The position numbers and the translations under genes are program-made. 64,000 nucleotides of DNA from assembly GCA_963764725.1 (NCBI GenBank), contig CAVXTM010000018.1, positions 64,001 to 128,000 of the forward strand, given 5' to 3'. The notes below the pieces were generated by a model. It worked only from the letters and a program-made list of their open reading frames with translations, was not told the DNA's origin and did no database searches. Shown here in pieces: positions 1 through 11,092 of this stretch (its first letter is position 1; every line of letters starts with the position of its first letter). This DNA is from an uncultured Gammaproteobacteria bacterium (lineage in GTDB: Bacteria; Pseudomonadota; Gammaproteobacteria; JACCXJ01).

Positions 1-691
1 GGGGGCACAAGCAACCTCGCTCGCGTCGATGGAGATCTATGTATTCTCGAAGGCGGCGTTCGTGCAAGCGGTCACGGAGATCCGGCGCGCGGCGCCTCCC
101 GGCCCGGTCGATCCCGCCACCGCACTGATCCCGCATTTCATCCGCCAAGGTGCGCGCGTTCTCGCCTACCTCTTCGGCGGGAAGAGGGGACGCGTCACCC
201 AGGACCGGTATTGGCGCCGCATCGAGACCTTGGACGACTACTATGAAGCGAACATGGATCTCCTGCGCCCCGAGCCGCCCATCGACCTTTATCAACGCGA
301 CTGGTCGATCCGGACCTACCACGCTCAAAATCCGCCGGCCCGCACGGTGCCCGGCCGTTCCTCCGCCGAGGGCGTGTGCATTAACTCCATCGTCGCGAGC
401 GGCACAGTGATCGCCGGTGGCGGCGTCAACCACAGCATTCTGTTCCCTCGCGTCTCGGTTGAAGACGGCGCGACGGTCGAAGACTGTATCCTCTTAGCCG
501 GCGTCGAGGTGGGAGACGGAGCGCGCCTGCATCGCTGCATCGTGGACAAGCACGTCCAGATCCCCCCCGGCGAGACCATCGGCTACGATCGCGCGCGGGA
601 CGCGGAACGGTTTACCGTAACGCCGAAAGGCATCGTCGTGGTGCCCAAAGGCTTTCGATTCGCCCGCCCCGCCGATGGACCTCATCACTGA
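1..691 (+). CDS. glgC: Glucose-1-phosphate adenylyltransferase family protein, C-terminal part (runs off window start)
   Basis: Frame open from base 2 (..LASMEIYVF, YYEANMDLL, NSIVASG, CIVDK, VVVPKG); several GlgC motifs are divergent. Confidence 0.75.
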   Translation, partial: GAQATSLASMEIYVFSKAAFVQAVTEIRRAAPPGPVDPATALIPHFIRQGARVLAYLFGGKRGRVTQDRYWRRIETLDDYYEANMDLLRPEPPIDLYQRDWSIRTYHAQNPPARTVPGRSSAEGVCINSIVASGTVIAGGGVNHSILFPRVSVEDGATVEDCILLAGVEVGDGARLHRCIVDKHVQIPPGETIGYDRARDAERFTVTPKGIVVVPKGFRFARPADGPHH

Positions 692-2120
692 GTTACGCCG
701 TCTGCTGCCGCGGGAGGCGGTCATCGCCGATCCCGCCTCGCTCTCCGTCTACGAGTGCGATGCCTTGTCCGCGTATCGCCAATCCCCGAAAGTCGTGGTC
801 TTACCGCGCACGGCCGAAGAGGTGCGAGCGATTCTGCGCCTATGCCACCGCTTGCGCGTGCCGGTCGTGGCTCGCGGCGCCGGCACCGGACTCTCGGGCG
901 GCGCGCTGCCCCATGCCGAAGGGGTATTACTGAGCCTCACGCGGCTAAACCGCATTTTGAACATCGACCCAGTGAACCGGACAGCCACGGTGGAACCGGG
1001 CGTTCGCAATGCGGAGATCTCCGAGGCCGCGGCGCCCCATGGCCTTTGCTATGCCCCCGATCCCTCCTCCCAGATCGCCTGCACTATCGGCGGCAACGTG
1101 GCCGAGAACTCCGGCGGAGTTCACTGCCTGAAATATGGACTTACTCTCAATAATCTCTTGGCCTTAACTGTAATGACCATTGAGGGTGAATGCCTGGAAC
1201 TCGGCGGCCAGGCATTGGATGCGCCGGGATATGACCTGCTCGCGCTCATGACCGGGTCCGAGGGCCTGCTCGGGATCGTTACCTCGGTCACGGTGAAACT
1301 CTTACCTCAACCGCAAGCCGCGCAGGTCTTGCTAGCGGCGTTCAAACGCGTCGAAGACGCCGGTAACGGCGTGGCCGCGGTGATAGCGGCCGGGATCATT
1401 CCCGCGGGTCTCGAGATGATGGACCGCTTAGCGATCGAAGCCGCCGAGGATTTCGTGCATGCCGGTTATCCGCTCGATGCGGAGGCGATTCTGTTGTGCG
1501 AGATCGACGGCCATCCGGCCGAAATCGAGGCGGAATTGCCGCGTGTCGCGGAAATCCTTAAAGCCCAAGGGGCGACGGAAGTACGCGTGGCCAGAGACGA
1601 GAGCGAACGGCAGCGCTTCTGGACCGGGCGCAAAGCCGCTTTCCCGGCCATAGGTAGGATTGCCCCCGATTACTATTGCATGGACGGCACCATCCCGCGC
1701 CGGCAACTCGCCACGGTGCTATCGCGCATCAGCGCGCTGTCGCAAGAGTTCGGGCTGGCGGTGGCCAACGTCTTCCATGCGGGCGATGGTAACCTGCATC
1801 CGCTCATCCTCTATGACGCCAATGCCCCCGGTCAATTGGAACGGGCGGAAGCGTTGGGCGAGAAGATTCTCGAAGTTTGCGTCGAGGTCGGTGGCACCAT
1901 CACCGGGGAACATGGCGTGGGGGTCGAGAAGCTAAACCAGATGTGCGTCCAGTTCAACGCCGAGGAGCTTGAGCAATTTCATGCCGTCAAACGCGCCTTC
2001 GACCCCGACGGTCTTCTCAACCCCGGCAAAGCGATCCCGACGCTTAGGCGTTGCGCCGAATTCGGGGCGCTGCACGTGCACGCCGGCAAGCTGCCGTTTC
2101 CGGAGCTTGAGCGGTTTTAG
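675..2120 (+). CDS. glcD: Glycolate oxidase FAD-linked subunit
   Basis: ARGAGTGLSGG, PDPSSQIACTIGGNVAENSGG, HAGDGNLHP, GEHGVG, LNPGK. Confidence 0.92.
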   Translation: MDLITELRRLLPREAVIADPASLSVYECDALSAYRQSPKVVVLPRTAEEVRAILRLCHRLRVPVVARGAGTGLSGGALPHAEGVLLSLTRLNRILNIDPVNRTATVEPGVRNAEISEAAAPHGLCYAPDPSSQIACTIGGNVAENSGGVHCLKYGLTLNNLLALTVMTIEGECLELGGQALDAPGYDLLALMTGSEGLLGIVTSVTVKLLPQPQAAQVLLAAFKRVEDAGNGVAAVIAAGIIPAGLEMMDRLAIEAAEDFVHAGYPLDAEAILLCEIDGHPAEIEAELPRVAEILKAQGATEVRVARDESERQRFWTGRKAAFPAIGRIAPDYYCMDGTIPRRQLATVLSRISALSQEFGLAVANVFHAGDGNLHPLILYDANAPGQLERAEALGEKILEVCVEVGGTITGEHGVGVEKLNQMCVQFNAEELEQFHAVKRAFDPDGLLNPGKAIPTLRRCAEFGALHVHAGKLPFPELERF

Positions 2121-2143
2121 GGGAAAGGGCGGTCGTAGTGATA

Positions 2144-2637
2144 GGTTCACCCAAAGCTGCACCATTTCGAATAGGCCGCCGCGTGGCGCGTGCCTTCGTT
2201 GAACGTATCGGATGCGTCGGTGAACACGAACACCTCGTAGCCATCTTGGAGCGCCGAGAGGGCAGGGAACGCCACGCACACTTCGGTGAGAACGCGGGCG
2301 ATGAGCAACTGCTTGCCGCCCCGGTCGCCTTGACCGTCTTCACAAAGTCCTCGTTATCCCAGGCATTTATGTTACCTGGACGGGCAATGAAGGGCGCGTT
2401 CGGAAAGGTGTCCTTCAAGTCCGGTAGGATTGGCCCGTTTGGTCCATCCTGAAAGCTGGTGGTTAGAATGGTCGGCAGCTTGAAGTACTTGGCGAGGTCG
2501 GCAAGCGTAAGGACGTTATTCTTGAATTCGGCAGGCGTAGAATCCTGCACAAGATTGCAGAGAGCGCACTGGTGATCCACCAGCAGGCAAGCGGCGTCAT
2601 CTTTCAATAGCCGGGTGTACTTATACGATGTGCTTAT
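2144..2637 (-). pseudogene. YcaC-like isochorismatase/hydrolase pseudogene
   Basis: LLVDHQ, GPNGP and RPGNINAWDNEDF motifs; start codon reads ATA (2637) after a GGAGGAG RBS; frameshift near 2315-2325, with the C-terminus (TEVCVAFPALSALQDGYEVFV) in another frame. Confidence 0.75.
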
Positions 2638-2755
2638 GATTGACTCCTCCTGCGGTTGATTGATCCGAAGTGGATCGGTTGTGGTGCCCAGCGCTCCGGT
2701 TCAGCGGTGGTGCGACAGCACCGGCCGCTGCAACCGGATAGACGTTAACCAGTGC

Positions 2756-3478
2756 TCATAGAGCATTCCGCCGCGCTTCCGCTATCTTGTAGGGGCTCCA
2801 CGTTTTCTCCAAGATCGGCATGAGGCGCGAGCGAGCGGCGCTGATTTCCTGGCTGAGCCTTCTCAATGTATCTGGTCCTTGCCGCAACATCGTGAACAGG
2901 CTTTGACGGCGTGCCTCCAATTCCCGATCTAACGCGCTGATGTCCCGTGGATCGACAGGTTGATTGGGATTGAACCGGAAATTTCGTTCGTGTCCCCGTC
3001 GCCACTGAACCAAATCAGATGTCAGGGCCTCTCCGAAGCCCGGTATCTGGGTGATCTTTTGTCCAGCGATATCTGCCGCAGTTTCGATCCCGTATGACGC
3101 CAGCATCGAGGTCCGCCCCGGCCCGATGCCTCGGATTCCGGCCCGCTCGATGCGAAAGCGATCGAGATAACGTTGCCGCTGCTCGCTCTCGCGCTGCGCT
3201 TCGAGTTTCGCCATTCTCCGCCGGCGTTCATGCGGCAGATCAATTAGCTCTGTGCGCGAATTCTCCAAGCTCTTCAGCTTCTCCGAAAAGGCGTTCCGGG
3301 ACGCTTCGCGCTGCCATCTGCCGAGAGCATTCTGCCATTCGGCATGAGTAGCGGAGTACGTCCGTTCAGCGGCCGATCGCTTGCTGCCTTTTAGCATTGT
3401 AGCTCGTGATTCGATTGCTGTAGCCCGGGAGGTGACTCGAAAGCAGTTTGCCCCAGCCCTTCGATGTCGTTGCGCCAA
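2756..3478 (-). pseudogene. C-terminal (coiled-coil + HhH) fragment of a YegI-like kinase/helix-hairpin-helix protein
   Basis: IRGIGPGRTSMLASYGIETAAD and IPGFG HhH motifs, FRFNP; no N-terminal kinase domain present. Confidence 0.55.
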
Positions 3479-3610
3479 TCACGATGTAGTTCGCTGACGA
3501 CGGCCATTCAGTTTACCAATTGCAGGCCTGCGCCCGCGAGTACGCCGGCAGGAAATGGGTGGAGCACGCAATCGAAAGCTCCGCGCGTCGAGGGGCGACA
3601 GGCTCCCAGC

Positions 3611-3640
3611 TTGACAGTATGCATGGAGCATCCTTACGAT
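3611..3640 (+). promoter_or_regulatory. sigma70 promoter of the TA operon
   Basis: TTGACA(3611-3616)-18 nt-TACGAT(3635-3640); ATG 8 nt downstream with no RBS. Confidence 0.65.
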
Positions 3641-3648
3641 ACATACGC

Positions 3649-3894
3649 ATGAAGACCCGTGTCACCATCACCCTAGATCCTGAAGTGCATGCCCGCGCCA
3701 AGGCGGTGGCACGGGCGCGGCGCACCACCGTCTCCGGCTTGATCGAGGCGTTTCTCCGTTCGGAGCAGGCGGCCGGGACCGGCAGTTCGCTGGTCGATGA
3801 GGTGCTCGGATGTGCCGAACTGCGCACCGTGGATCCCGGACGCGATCCTCTCTATGACGCCTTGCACGCCCGCCACATCGCCCGCCGCCGGTGA
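3649..3894 (+). CDS. RHH-type antitoxin (VapB/DUF6364-like)
   Basis: MKTRVTITLDPEVHARAK..TVSGLIE; GTGA overlap with the PIN gene. Confidence 0.75.
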   Translation: MKTRVTITLDPEVHARAKAVARARRTTVSGLIEAFLRSEQAAGTGSSLVDEVLGCAELRTVDPGRDPLYDALHARHIARRR

Positions 3895-4286
3895 GAGTCC
3901 TGCTGGATACCGACGTCCTACTGGACGTGGCGCTGGCACGTGAGCCGTTTGCCGCAGACAGCGCGGACGTGCTGCGCTGGGCCGAAGCGGGCGGCGCGGC
4001 GGCCGTGGCCTGGCACTCGCTGACTAACTGCGCTTACCTGCTCAAGGGCGGCGGGCGGCCTTTCCTGGAACGCCTGCTGCGCCTCGTCGAGGTGGCGCCT
4101 GTGGCGACCGCCGATGCCCGGCGCGCCCTGGATCTGCCCCTGTCGGACGTCGAGGATGCGTTTCAAGCGGCCGCCGCGCTGGCCTGGCAGGCGGACGTAA
4201 TCGTGACGCGTAACGTTTCGGACTACCGTCGCTCGCCGGTGCGAGCGCTTTCACCCGCGGCCTTCCTCAAGCACGCCGCCACCTGA
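3891..4286 (+). CDS. PIN-domain toxin (VapC family)
   Basis: VLLDTDVLLD, DVEDAFQAAAA, IVTRNVSDY. Confidence 0.88.
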   Translation: MRVLLDTDVLLDVALAREPFAADSADVLRWAEAGGAAAVAWHSLTNCAYLLKGGGRPFLERLLRLVEVAPVATADARRALDLPLSDVEDAFQAAAALAWQADVIVTRNVSDYRRSPVRALSPAAFLKHAAT

Positions 4287-4360
4287 TCCGCCTACGATAT
4301 CTGGCCAACCCGCGCCGCCTCATTCGGGAGAGAATACAGCATTCAAAACGAGCCTCAATG

Positions 4361-5017
4361 TCATCCGCCATAATAACCTCGCGAATTATCTGCCCCCACA
4401 CATATCACCACGAGATGCCGTGGCGCTACCAGCGCCGGAACCTCAAGCCGATGCACCTGCGCTTCCGGGACCGCGGACCCTAGCGCCTCGATTTCCGCCG
4501 CCGGGTAGCTTCCCTTCATCGCTAGGATGCGCCCGTCGTCGCGACTCACGGGCAGGGCCAAACGCACCAGCATGTCCAGCGATCCCACGGCCCGAGAGAT
4601 CACGGTCGAAAAGGCGGTTTCGGGACGATAGTCTTCGGCCCGCGCGTGCACGATCTCGACGCGCCCCGGCCCTAGCTCGATGAGCACTTGGCGCAGGAAA
4701 CGGATCTTCTTGAGGCTCCGATCGAGGAGCACCCACTCTCGATCGGGATCCGCGAGGGCCAACACCATGCCCGGTATACCCGCGCCGCTGCCGATATCGA
4801 GGAGCCGCCCGCCGTAGAGGTAGGGGAGTACGGCGAGGCTGTCCAAGAGGTGCCGCGCCACCATCGCATCGAGATCACGGATCCCGCTGAGATTGTAAAT
4901 GCGATTCCAGCGGTGCAGTAAGCGCAGGAATGCGATCAGGGCTACGCGCCGATCCGCCGCGAGATCGAGTCCCAAGGATCCGAGCCCCGCGTCCAGGTGG
5001 AGCGCGAGCGCATCCAC
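4361..5017 (-). CDS. rsmG: 16S rRNA m7G527 methyltransferase
   Basis: WNRIYNLSGIR, HLLDSL, LDIGSGAGIPG, SRA; directly downstream of mnmG. Confidence 0.95.
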   Translation of the reverse strand: MDALALHLDAGLGSLGLDLAADRRVALIAFLRLLHRWNRIYNLSGIRDLDAMVARHLLDSLAVLPYLYGGRLLDIGSGAGIPGMVLALADPDREWVLLDRSLKKIRFLRQVLIELGPGRVEIVHARAEDYRPETAFSTVISRAVGSLDMLVRLALPVSRDDGRILAMKGSYPAAEIEALGSAVPEAQVHRLEVPALVAPRHLVVICVGADNSRGYYGG

Positions 5018-5021
5018 GAGC

Positions 5022-6905
5022 TTACGCGCTCTGGGCGCAACGTTTCTTCAAATGCACGCGCAGCAATGAAATCGCCGCGGGGGTGATGCCTGAGATCCGC
5101 GAGGCCTGCCCGAGCGTCGCGGGCCGGTATTGCGATAGTTTTTGAACGACCTCGGCCGACAAACCGCGAACGGCTGTATAGTCCAAATCGAGCGCCAGCG
5201 GAGTCTCCTCTTGCGCCAGATTTCTCGTCACCTCTTGCTGTTGCCGATCGATGTAACCGCTGTAGCGGGCTTGGATCTCGATCTGCCCGGCTACGGTGGG
5301 ATCATCGACGCCGGGCCCCGCGCCGGGCAATGACATGAGAGCTGAATAGGCTAAATCTGGCCGCCGTAACAGCTCGGCGAGTGTTTGCTCGCGCGCCAAT
5401 GGCCCGCCGAGCACGCGCAGGGACTCGGCGGGCGGGATATCGTCGGGCCGCAACCAGGTCGCGCGCAGGCGCGTTTGCTCGGATGCGATCCGGTCGCGCT
5501 TGGTTTCAAACCCGCGCCAGCGCGCATCGTCCACCAGACCCAATGTTCGGCCTTTCGGCGTGAGCCTGAGATCGGCGTTATCTTCTCGCAACATCAGGCG
5601 GTACTCGGCGCGGCTGGTGAACATCCGGTACGGTTCGCTCGTGCCGCGGGTAATCAAATCATCGATCAGCACGCCGATATAGGCCTCATCGCGGCGCGGC
5701 GTCCAAGGGTCGCGATCCCGGACCCTCAAGGCGGCGTTCATTCCGGCGATCAATCCCTGCGCGGCCGCCTCCTCGTAGCCGGTCGTGCCGTTGATCTGGC
5801 CGGCGAAAAATAACCCTCGAATATGCTTGGTCTCGAGCGAGGGCTGCAAGTCGCGCGGGTCGAAGAAATCGTATTCGATCGCGTAACCGGGACGGGTGAT
5901 ATGGGCTCGCTCGAAACCTACGATCGATCGAACGAACGCCATCTGGACGTCGAAGGGAAGGCTGGTCGAGATCCCGTTCGGATAGACTTCCTCGGTCTCC
6001 AGGCCTTCCGGCTCGACGAAGATCTGGTGGGTCTCCTTGGCGGCGAAACGCACGACCTTGTCCTCCACCGAGGGACAATAGCGCGGTCCCACCCCTTCGA
6101 TATTGCCGTTGTACATCGGCGAGCGATGCAGCCCCGCGCGGATGCACGCATGGGTTTGTGCGTTGGTGCGGGTGATATGGCATTGGACCTGGCGTGGATG
6201 TTCGGCGTTCGTGCCGAGAAAAGAAAATATCGGTACCGGTTCGTCCCCCGGTTGCGTCTCCATCTTCTCGTAGTCCAGCGTGCGTCCGTCGAGCCGCGGA
6301 GGTGTCCCTGTCTTCAGCCGGCCGACACGGAACGGCATTTCCCGCAGCCGCTGCGCCAAAACGTTGGACGGGGGATCCCCCGCGCGGCCTCCTTGGTGGT
6401 TTTGATCGCCCACATGGATCTTACCGCCGAGAAAAGTCCCCACGGTCAAGACGACACAGGGCGCCTCGAAGCGCAGCCCGATCTGCGTGACGATCCCAGC
6501 GATCCGGTCACCTGCTAGGATCAGGTCCTCGACTGAGTTTTGAAAGATCGTAAGATTGGATTGTGCTTCGAGCGCTCGCCGCACGACGCGCTTGTAGAGG
6601 GTCCGGTCGATCTGCGCACGGGTTGCGCGCACCGCCGGACCTTTGCGGGCGTTCAATATCCTAAACTGGATCCCCGCCCGGTCGGCGGCTCGCGCCATCA
6701 ACCCGCCGAGGGCATCGATCTCCTTGGCCAAATGCCCTTTGCCGATGCCGCCGATCGCCGGGTTGCAGGACATCTGCCCGAGCGTCTCGATGTTCTGCGT
6801 CAATAGCAGCGTTCGGGCGCCGAGCCGCGCCGCGGCTAACGCCGCCTCGGTTCCGGCGTGGCCGCCCCCGACGACGATGACCTCAAAGCTATCGGTATAC
6901 AACAC
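5022..6905 (-). CDS. mnmG: tRNA uridine-5-carboxymethylaminomethyl synthesis enzyme
   Basis: [54 protein letters not shown]. Confidence 0.98.
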   Translation of the reverse strand: MLYTDSFEVIVVGGGHAGTEAALAAARLGARTLLLTQNIETLGQMSCNPAIGGIGKGHLAKEIDALGGLMARAADRAGIQFRILNARKGPAVRATRAQIDRTLYKRVVRRALEAQSNLTIFQNSVEDLILAGDRIAGIVTQIGLRFEAPCVVLTVGTFLGGKIHVGDQNHQGGRAGDPPSNVLAQRLREMPFRVGRLKTGTPPRLDGRTLDYEKMETQPGDEPVPIFSFLGTNAEHPRQVQCHITRTNAQTHACIRAGLHRSPMYNGNIEGVGPRYCPSVEDKVVRFAAKETHQIFVEPEGLETEEVYPNGISTSLPFDVQMAFVRSIVGFERAHITRPGYAIEYDFFDPRDLQPSLETKHIRGLFFAGQINGTTGYEEAAAQGLIAGMNAALRVRDRDPWTPRRDEAYIGVLIDDLITRGTSEPYRMFTSRAEYRLMLREDNADLRLTPKGRTLGLVDDARWRGFETKRDRIASEQTRLRATWLRPDDIPPAESLRVLGGPLAREQTLAELLRRPDLAYSALMSLPGAGPGVDDPTVAGQIEIQARYSGYIDRQQQEVTRNLAQEETPLALDLDYTAVRGLSAEVVQKLSQYRPATLGQASRISGITPAAISLLRVHLKKRCAQSA

Positions 6906-6958
6906 GCGACCGAGCTAAAGGCGGGACATCCACCTAAGGTTCGATCCAGTTCAATGAG

Positions 6959-7375
6959 CTACTTCGCGCCCAGGATTATCGCGGCGCGTTGGTAGTCCTT
7001 GGGTTTTACCCAGAAGATCATGCCGAAGCGGCCGTTACCGGTGCTAATGGCATCCGCCGCGGTGACATTGATCTTCTTATCCGCAAGCTTTGCCAGCGGG
7101 GCTAAGACGGCGCCCACTTCGTCATCCCCTTGAACCAAGAATCCCTTTCTCGGGTTGCTCACTTTCCATTTGTTAAGCTTGGCGAGCTTGGTCAGATCCG
7201 CCATTTTCTCCGGCATAAGGTCGAACTGCGCCAGACCTTGGCCGCACGGAAACGCGCTTAACGCAAGCAAGTTGACGCCTGCTTCCTTGAGTACTTTTAG
7301 GATCTTCCCACCCTGCCCCGCGCGGCTAGCGATGGTGAGGTAACAGTAGTCCATCTTGCGAACGGTGTGTGCCAT
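6959..7375 (-). CDS. Small hypothetical protein, probably tandem ACT-like domains
   Basis: Clean ORF with AAGGAG RBS; two similar halves (GVNLLAL / KINVTAA). Confidence 0.55.
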   Translation of the reverse strand: MAHTVRKMDYCYLTIASRAGQGGKILKVLKEAGVNLLALSAFPCGQGLAQFDLMPEKMADLTKLAKLNKWKVSNPRKGFLVQGDDEVGAVLAPLAKLADKKINVTAADAISTGNGRFGMIFWVKPKDYQRAAIILGAK

Positions 7376-7427
7376 GTTTTTTCTCCTTGATCGGTGTCCA
7401 CGAATTGTTCAATCGATTCTTAATTCT

Positions 7428-7530
7428 GAATACGCCGCCGTTTTTGGCGGGCACTTTAGCATTGGGGTTTCCAAAGGGGAGTAGTGCAACTCTCCCTTTG
7501 GTCAAGGGCGGGGTTCATACCCGTCCGCGT
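7428..7530 (+). repeat. ~105-bp intergenic palindromic repeat, copy 1
   Basis: GGCACTTTAGCATTGGGGTTTCCAAAGGGGAGTAGTGCAACTCTCCCTTTGGTCAAGGG; near-identical copies at ~16033 and ~20120 (minus strand). Confidence 0.9.
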
Positions 7531-7587
7531 AACATCAATTTCCACTGTAGAATATTACCATATGATTATAGCACTTGAGGGTAACAA

Positions 7588-8436
7588 ATGGCCGCTTCGG
7601 CAAAGCAGCGAGAGCTCGAGTTCAACAAGTTACAGAAGCGCATACGCCGCAACGTAGGTCGTGCGATCGAGGACTTTCGAATGATCGACGAAGGCGACCG
7701 GGTGATGGTGTGCCTTTCGGGTGGCAAGGATTCCTACACGATGCTAGATATCTTGCTCAACCTCAGGCGGCGCGCTCCCGTGGCATTCGAGCTTGTGGCC
7801 GTCAACCTCGATCAAAAACAGCCGGGCTTCCCCGAGGATGTATTGCCGCTTTATTTGCAACGCCTCGGTATTCCCTTCCACATCATCGAGCAGGACACCT
7901 ATAGCATCGTCAAGCGCGTGATCCCAGAGGGCGCGACCCTATGCGGGATCTGTTCGCGGCTGAGACGTGGTGTTTTATACAGATTCGCGCGTGAGCACGG
8001 TATGAGCAAGATCGCGCTCGGTCATCACCGCGATGATATCGTGGAAACGTTTTTCCTGAATATGTTCTTCGCCGGTAAGCTGAAGGCCATGCCGCCCAAG
8101 TTATTGAGCGATGATGGGAAGCACGTGGTGATCCGGCCGCTCGCCTATTGCGCCGAAACCGATATCGCCGCCTACGCGGAGGCGAAACAGTTTCCGATCA
8201 TCCCTTGTAATCTCTGTGGATTGCAAGAGGACCTGCAACGCGTCGCCATCAAGAACATGTTGCAACAGTGGGACAGGCAAACGCCCGGACGGTTGGAGAC
8301 GATTTACCGGAGCCTGCAACACGTGGTTCCCTCGCACCTCGGCGACACCGCGCTCTTTGACTTCGCACGCTTAGGGCGCACGAGAGGCGAGGGACTCCCC
8401 ACCCAAAAATGGCTGGTCGCGGAGGAAGCACAATGA
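7588..8436 (+). CDS. ttcA: tRNA 2-thiocytidine synthetase
   Basis: SGGKDS PP-loop, [24 protein letters not shown]. Confidence 0.96.
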   Translation: MAASAKQRELEFNKLQKRIRRNVGRAIEDFRMIDEGDRVMVCLSGGKDSYTMLDILLNLRRRAPVAFELVAVNLDQKQPGFPEDVLPLYLQRLGIPFHIIEQDTYSIVKRVIPEGATLCGICSRLRRGVLYRFAREHGMSKIALGHHRDDIVETFFLNMFFAGKLKAMPPKLLSDDGKHVVIRPLAYCAETDIAAYAEAKQFPIIPCNLCGLQEDLQRVAIKNMLQQWDRQTPGRLETIYRSLQHVVPSHLGDTALFDFARLGRTRGEGLPTQKWLVAEEAQ

Positions 8437-9542
8437 GCCCGCTCACTGCGCCCGCCGATGCGCGGGCGCTCATGCATTCGATTCTGCAACGCATCGCCAC
8501 CGGACCGGAGATGAGCAAAAGCATCTCGGAAGCCGATGCCCGGGGCGGGATGCGCGCCGTGCTCGACGCGCAGATCGATCCCGTGCAAGCCGGTATCTTT
8601 CTCATCGCACTGCGCATGAAGCGCGAAACCGATGAGGAGACGCTCGGGGTGCTCCAAGCGCTCCTTGAAATCACGACCACCGTCACCGCTCACGTCGATG
8701 AACTTCTGGTGCTGAGCGACCCGTATGATGGCTGTAAACGCATGCTGCCCGCCTCCCCGTTCTTGCCTGCCCTGCTCGCCGCGTGCGGCGTACCCGCGAT
8801 GACCCACGGCATCGAGATCCTCGGGCCTAAATTCGGCCTTACGGCTCGGCAAGTGCTGCGCGCGGCGGGTCAAGCGGTCGGCCTGAGCATCGCCGAGGCG
8901 GCGGAAAGGGTCGCGGACCCCGGCATCGGTTGGGCCTATGTAGATCAATCGTCATACGCACCCCAACTGCACGCGCTGACGCAGCTACGCAATCTGATCG
9001 TGAAGCGCTCGGTGCTCAACACCGCCGAGATCGCGATCGCGCCCATTCGCGGCCGCCGGAAAACGCATTTGATCACCGGCTATGTGCATAAAAACTATCC
9101 GCGGATCTATGCCCTCCTCGCCCGCGCCGCGCGATTCGACTCGGCCTTGATCGTGAAAGGCTTGGAAGGCGGCGTGATCCCCTCCTTGCAGAAACCCGCA
9201 CGCTTGTTCTACTACCGCGGACAAACGGAACTAGAATCGATCGAAGTTGACCCTACCGGTTTAGGGTTCGATCAAACCGAAAAGGCAACTCGTCCCCCTG
9301 CGCCGGGAGCTTCGGGTCCCTTGGCCGCGGATCCGAAATCCCTTGCACGCGCCGCGGCCCATCAAGGAATGGAGACGCTGGACGGTAAACCAGGATCCAT
9401 GCGGGACGCATTGGCCTTCGGCGCCGCCTTGTGCTTATGGCACATCGGCCGTCACGCCTCCGTGAGTGACGCCGTCGAGGAGGTGCACGGCGTGCTAACA
9501 AGCGGCGCAGCTTTGGGGCGTCTCGCGCGCGGGGAGTCTTGA
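8433..9542 (+). CDS. Anthranilate phosphoribosyltransferase-like (glycosyltransferase family 3) protein
   Basis: [36 protein letters not shown]; ATGA overlap with ttcA. Confidence 0.7.
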   Translation: MSPLTAPADARALMHSILQRIATGPEMSKSISEADARGGMRAVLDAQIDPVQAGIFLIALRMKRETDEETLGVLQALLEITTTVTAHVDELLVLSDPYDGCKRMLPASPFLPALLAACGVPAMTHGIEILGPKFGLTARQVLRAAGQAVGLSIAEAAERVADPGIGWAYVDQSSYAPQLHALTQLRNLIVKRSVLNTAEIAIAPIRGRRKTHLITGYVHKNYPRIYALLARAARFDSALIVKGLEGGVIPSLQKPARLFYYRGQTELESIEVDPTGLGFDQTEKATRPPAPGASGPLAADPKSLARAAAHQGMETLDGKPGSMRDALAFGAALCLWHIGRHASVSDAVEEVHGVLTSGAALGRLARGES

Positions 9543-9548
9543 AGTTGC

Positions 9549-9618
9549 GTAGGATGTGCCGACGTTAGGAGGCGCATCGGTCGCGACCGATGGGCTTCGT
9601 AAACTCAGCCCATCCTGC
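9549..9618. repeat. GTAG-type REP doublet
   Basis: GTAGGATGTGCC..GGCGCATC and GATGGGCT..AGCCCATCCTGC hairpins in inverted arrangement. Confidence 0.55.
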
Positions 9619-9707
9619 ACGCGCTAGTGTAGTGTCTGGTAAATAATTTACATAAAAGCGACTACAAAAATTCCCTCTCCCTCCCGGGAGAGCAACCGTG
9701 TTCAAAG

Positions 9708-10890
<1,183 letters not shown>

Positions 10891-11092
10891 CATACAAGAA
10901 CATACAAGGGCTAGGGTGAGGGGAGGTTAGCACCGTGGTTCTGATCCCCTCATCCCAACCTTCTCCCGGAGGGAGAAGGGGTAAAAATTATGCAAGCTTC
11001 TATCGAGACAGGTTACTAGGCACAGACCGCATAGTCGGCTAAAACGAAGTCGCGCTTATACTTTCCTTATAACTCCACGCATTGGACCGCAC

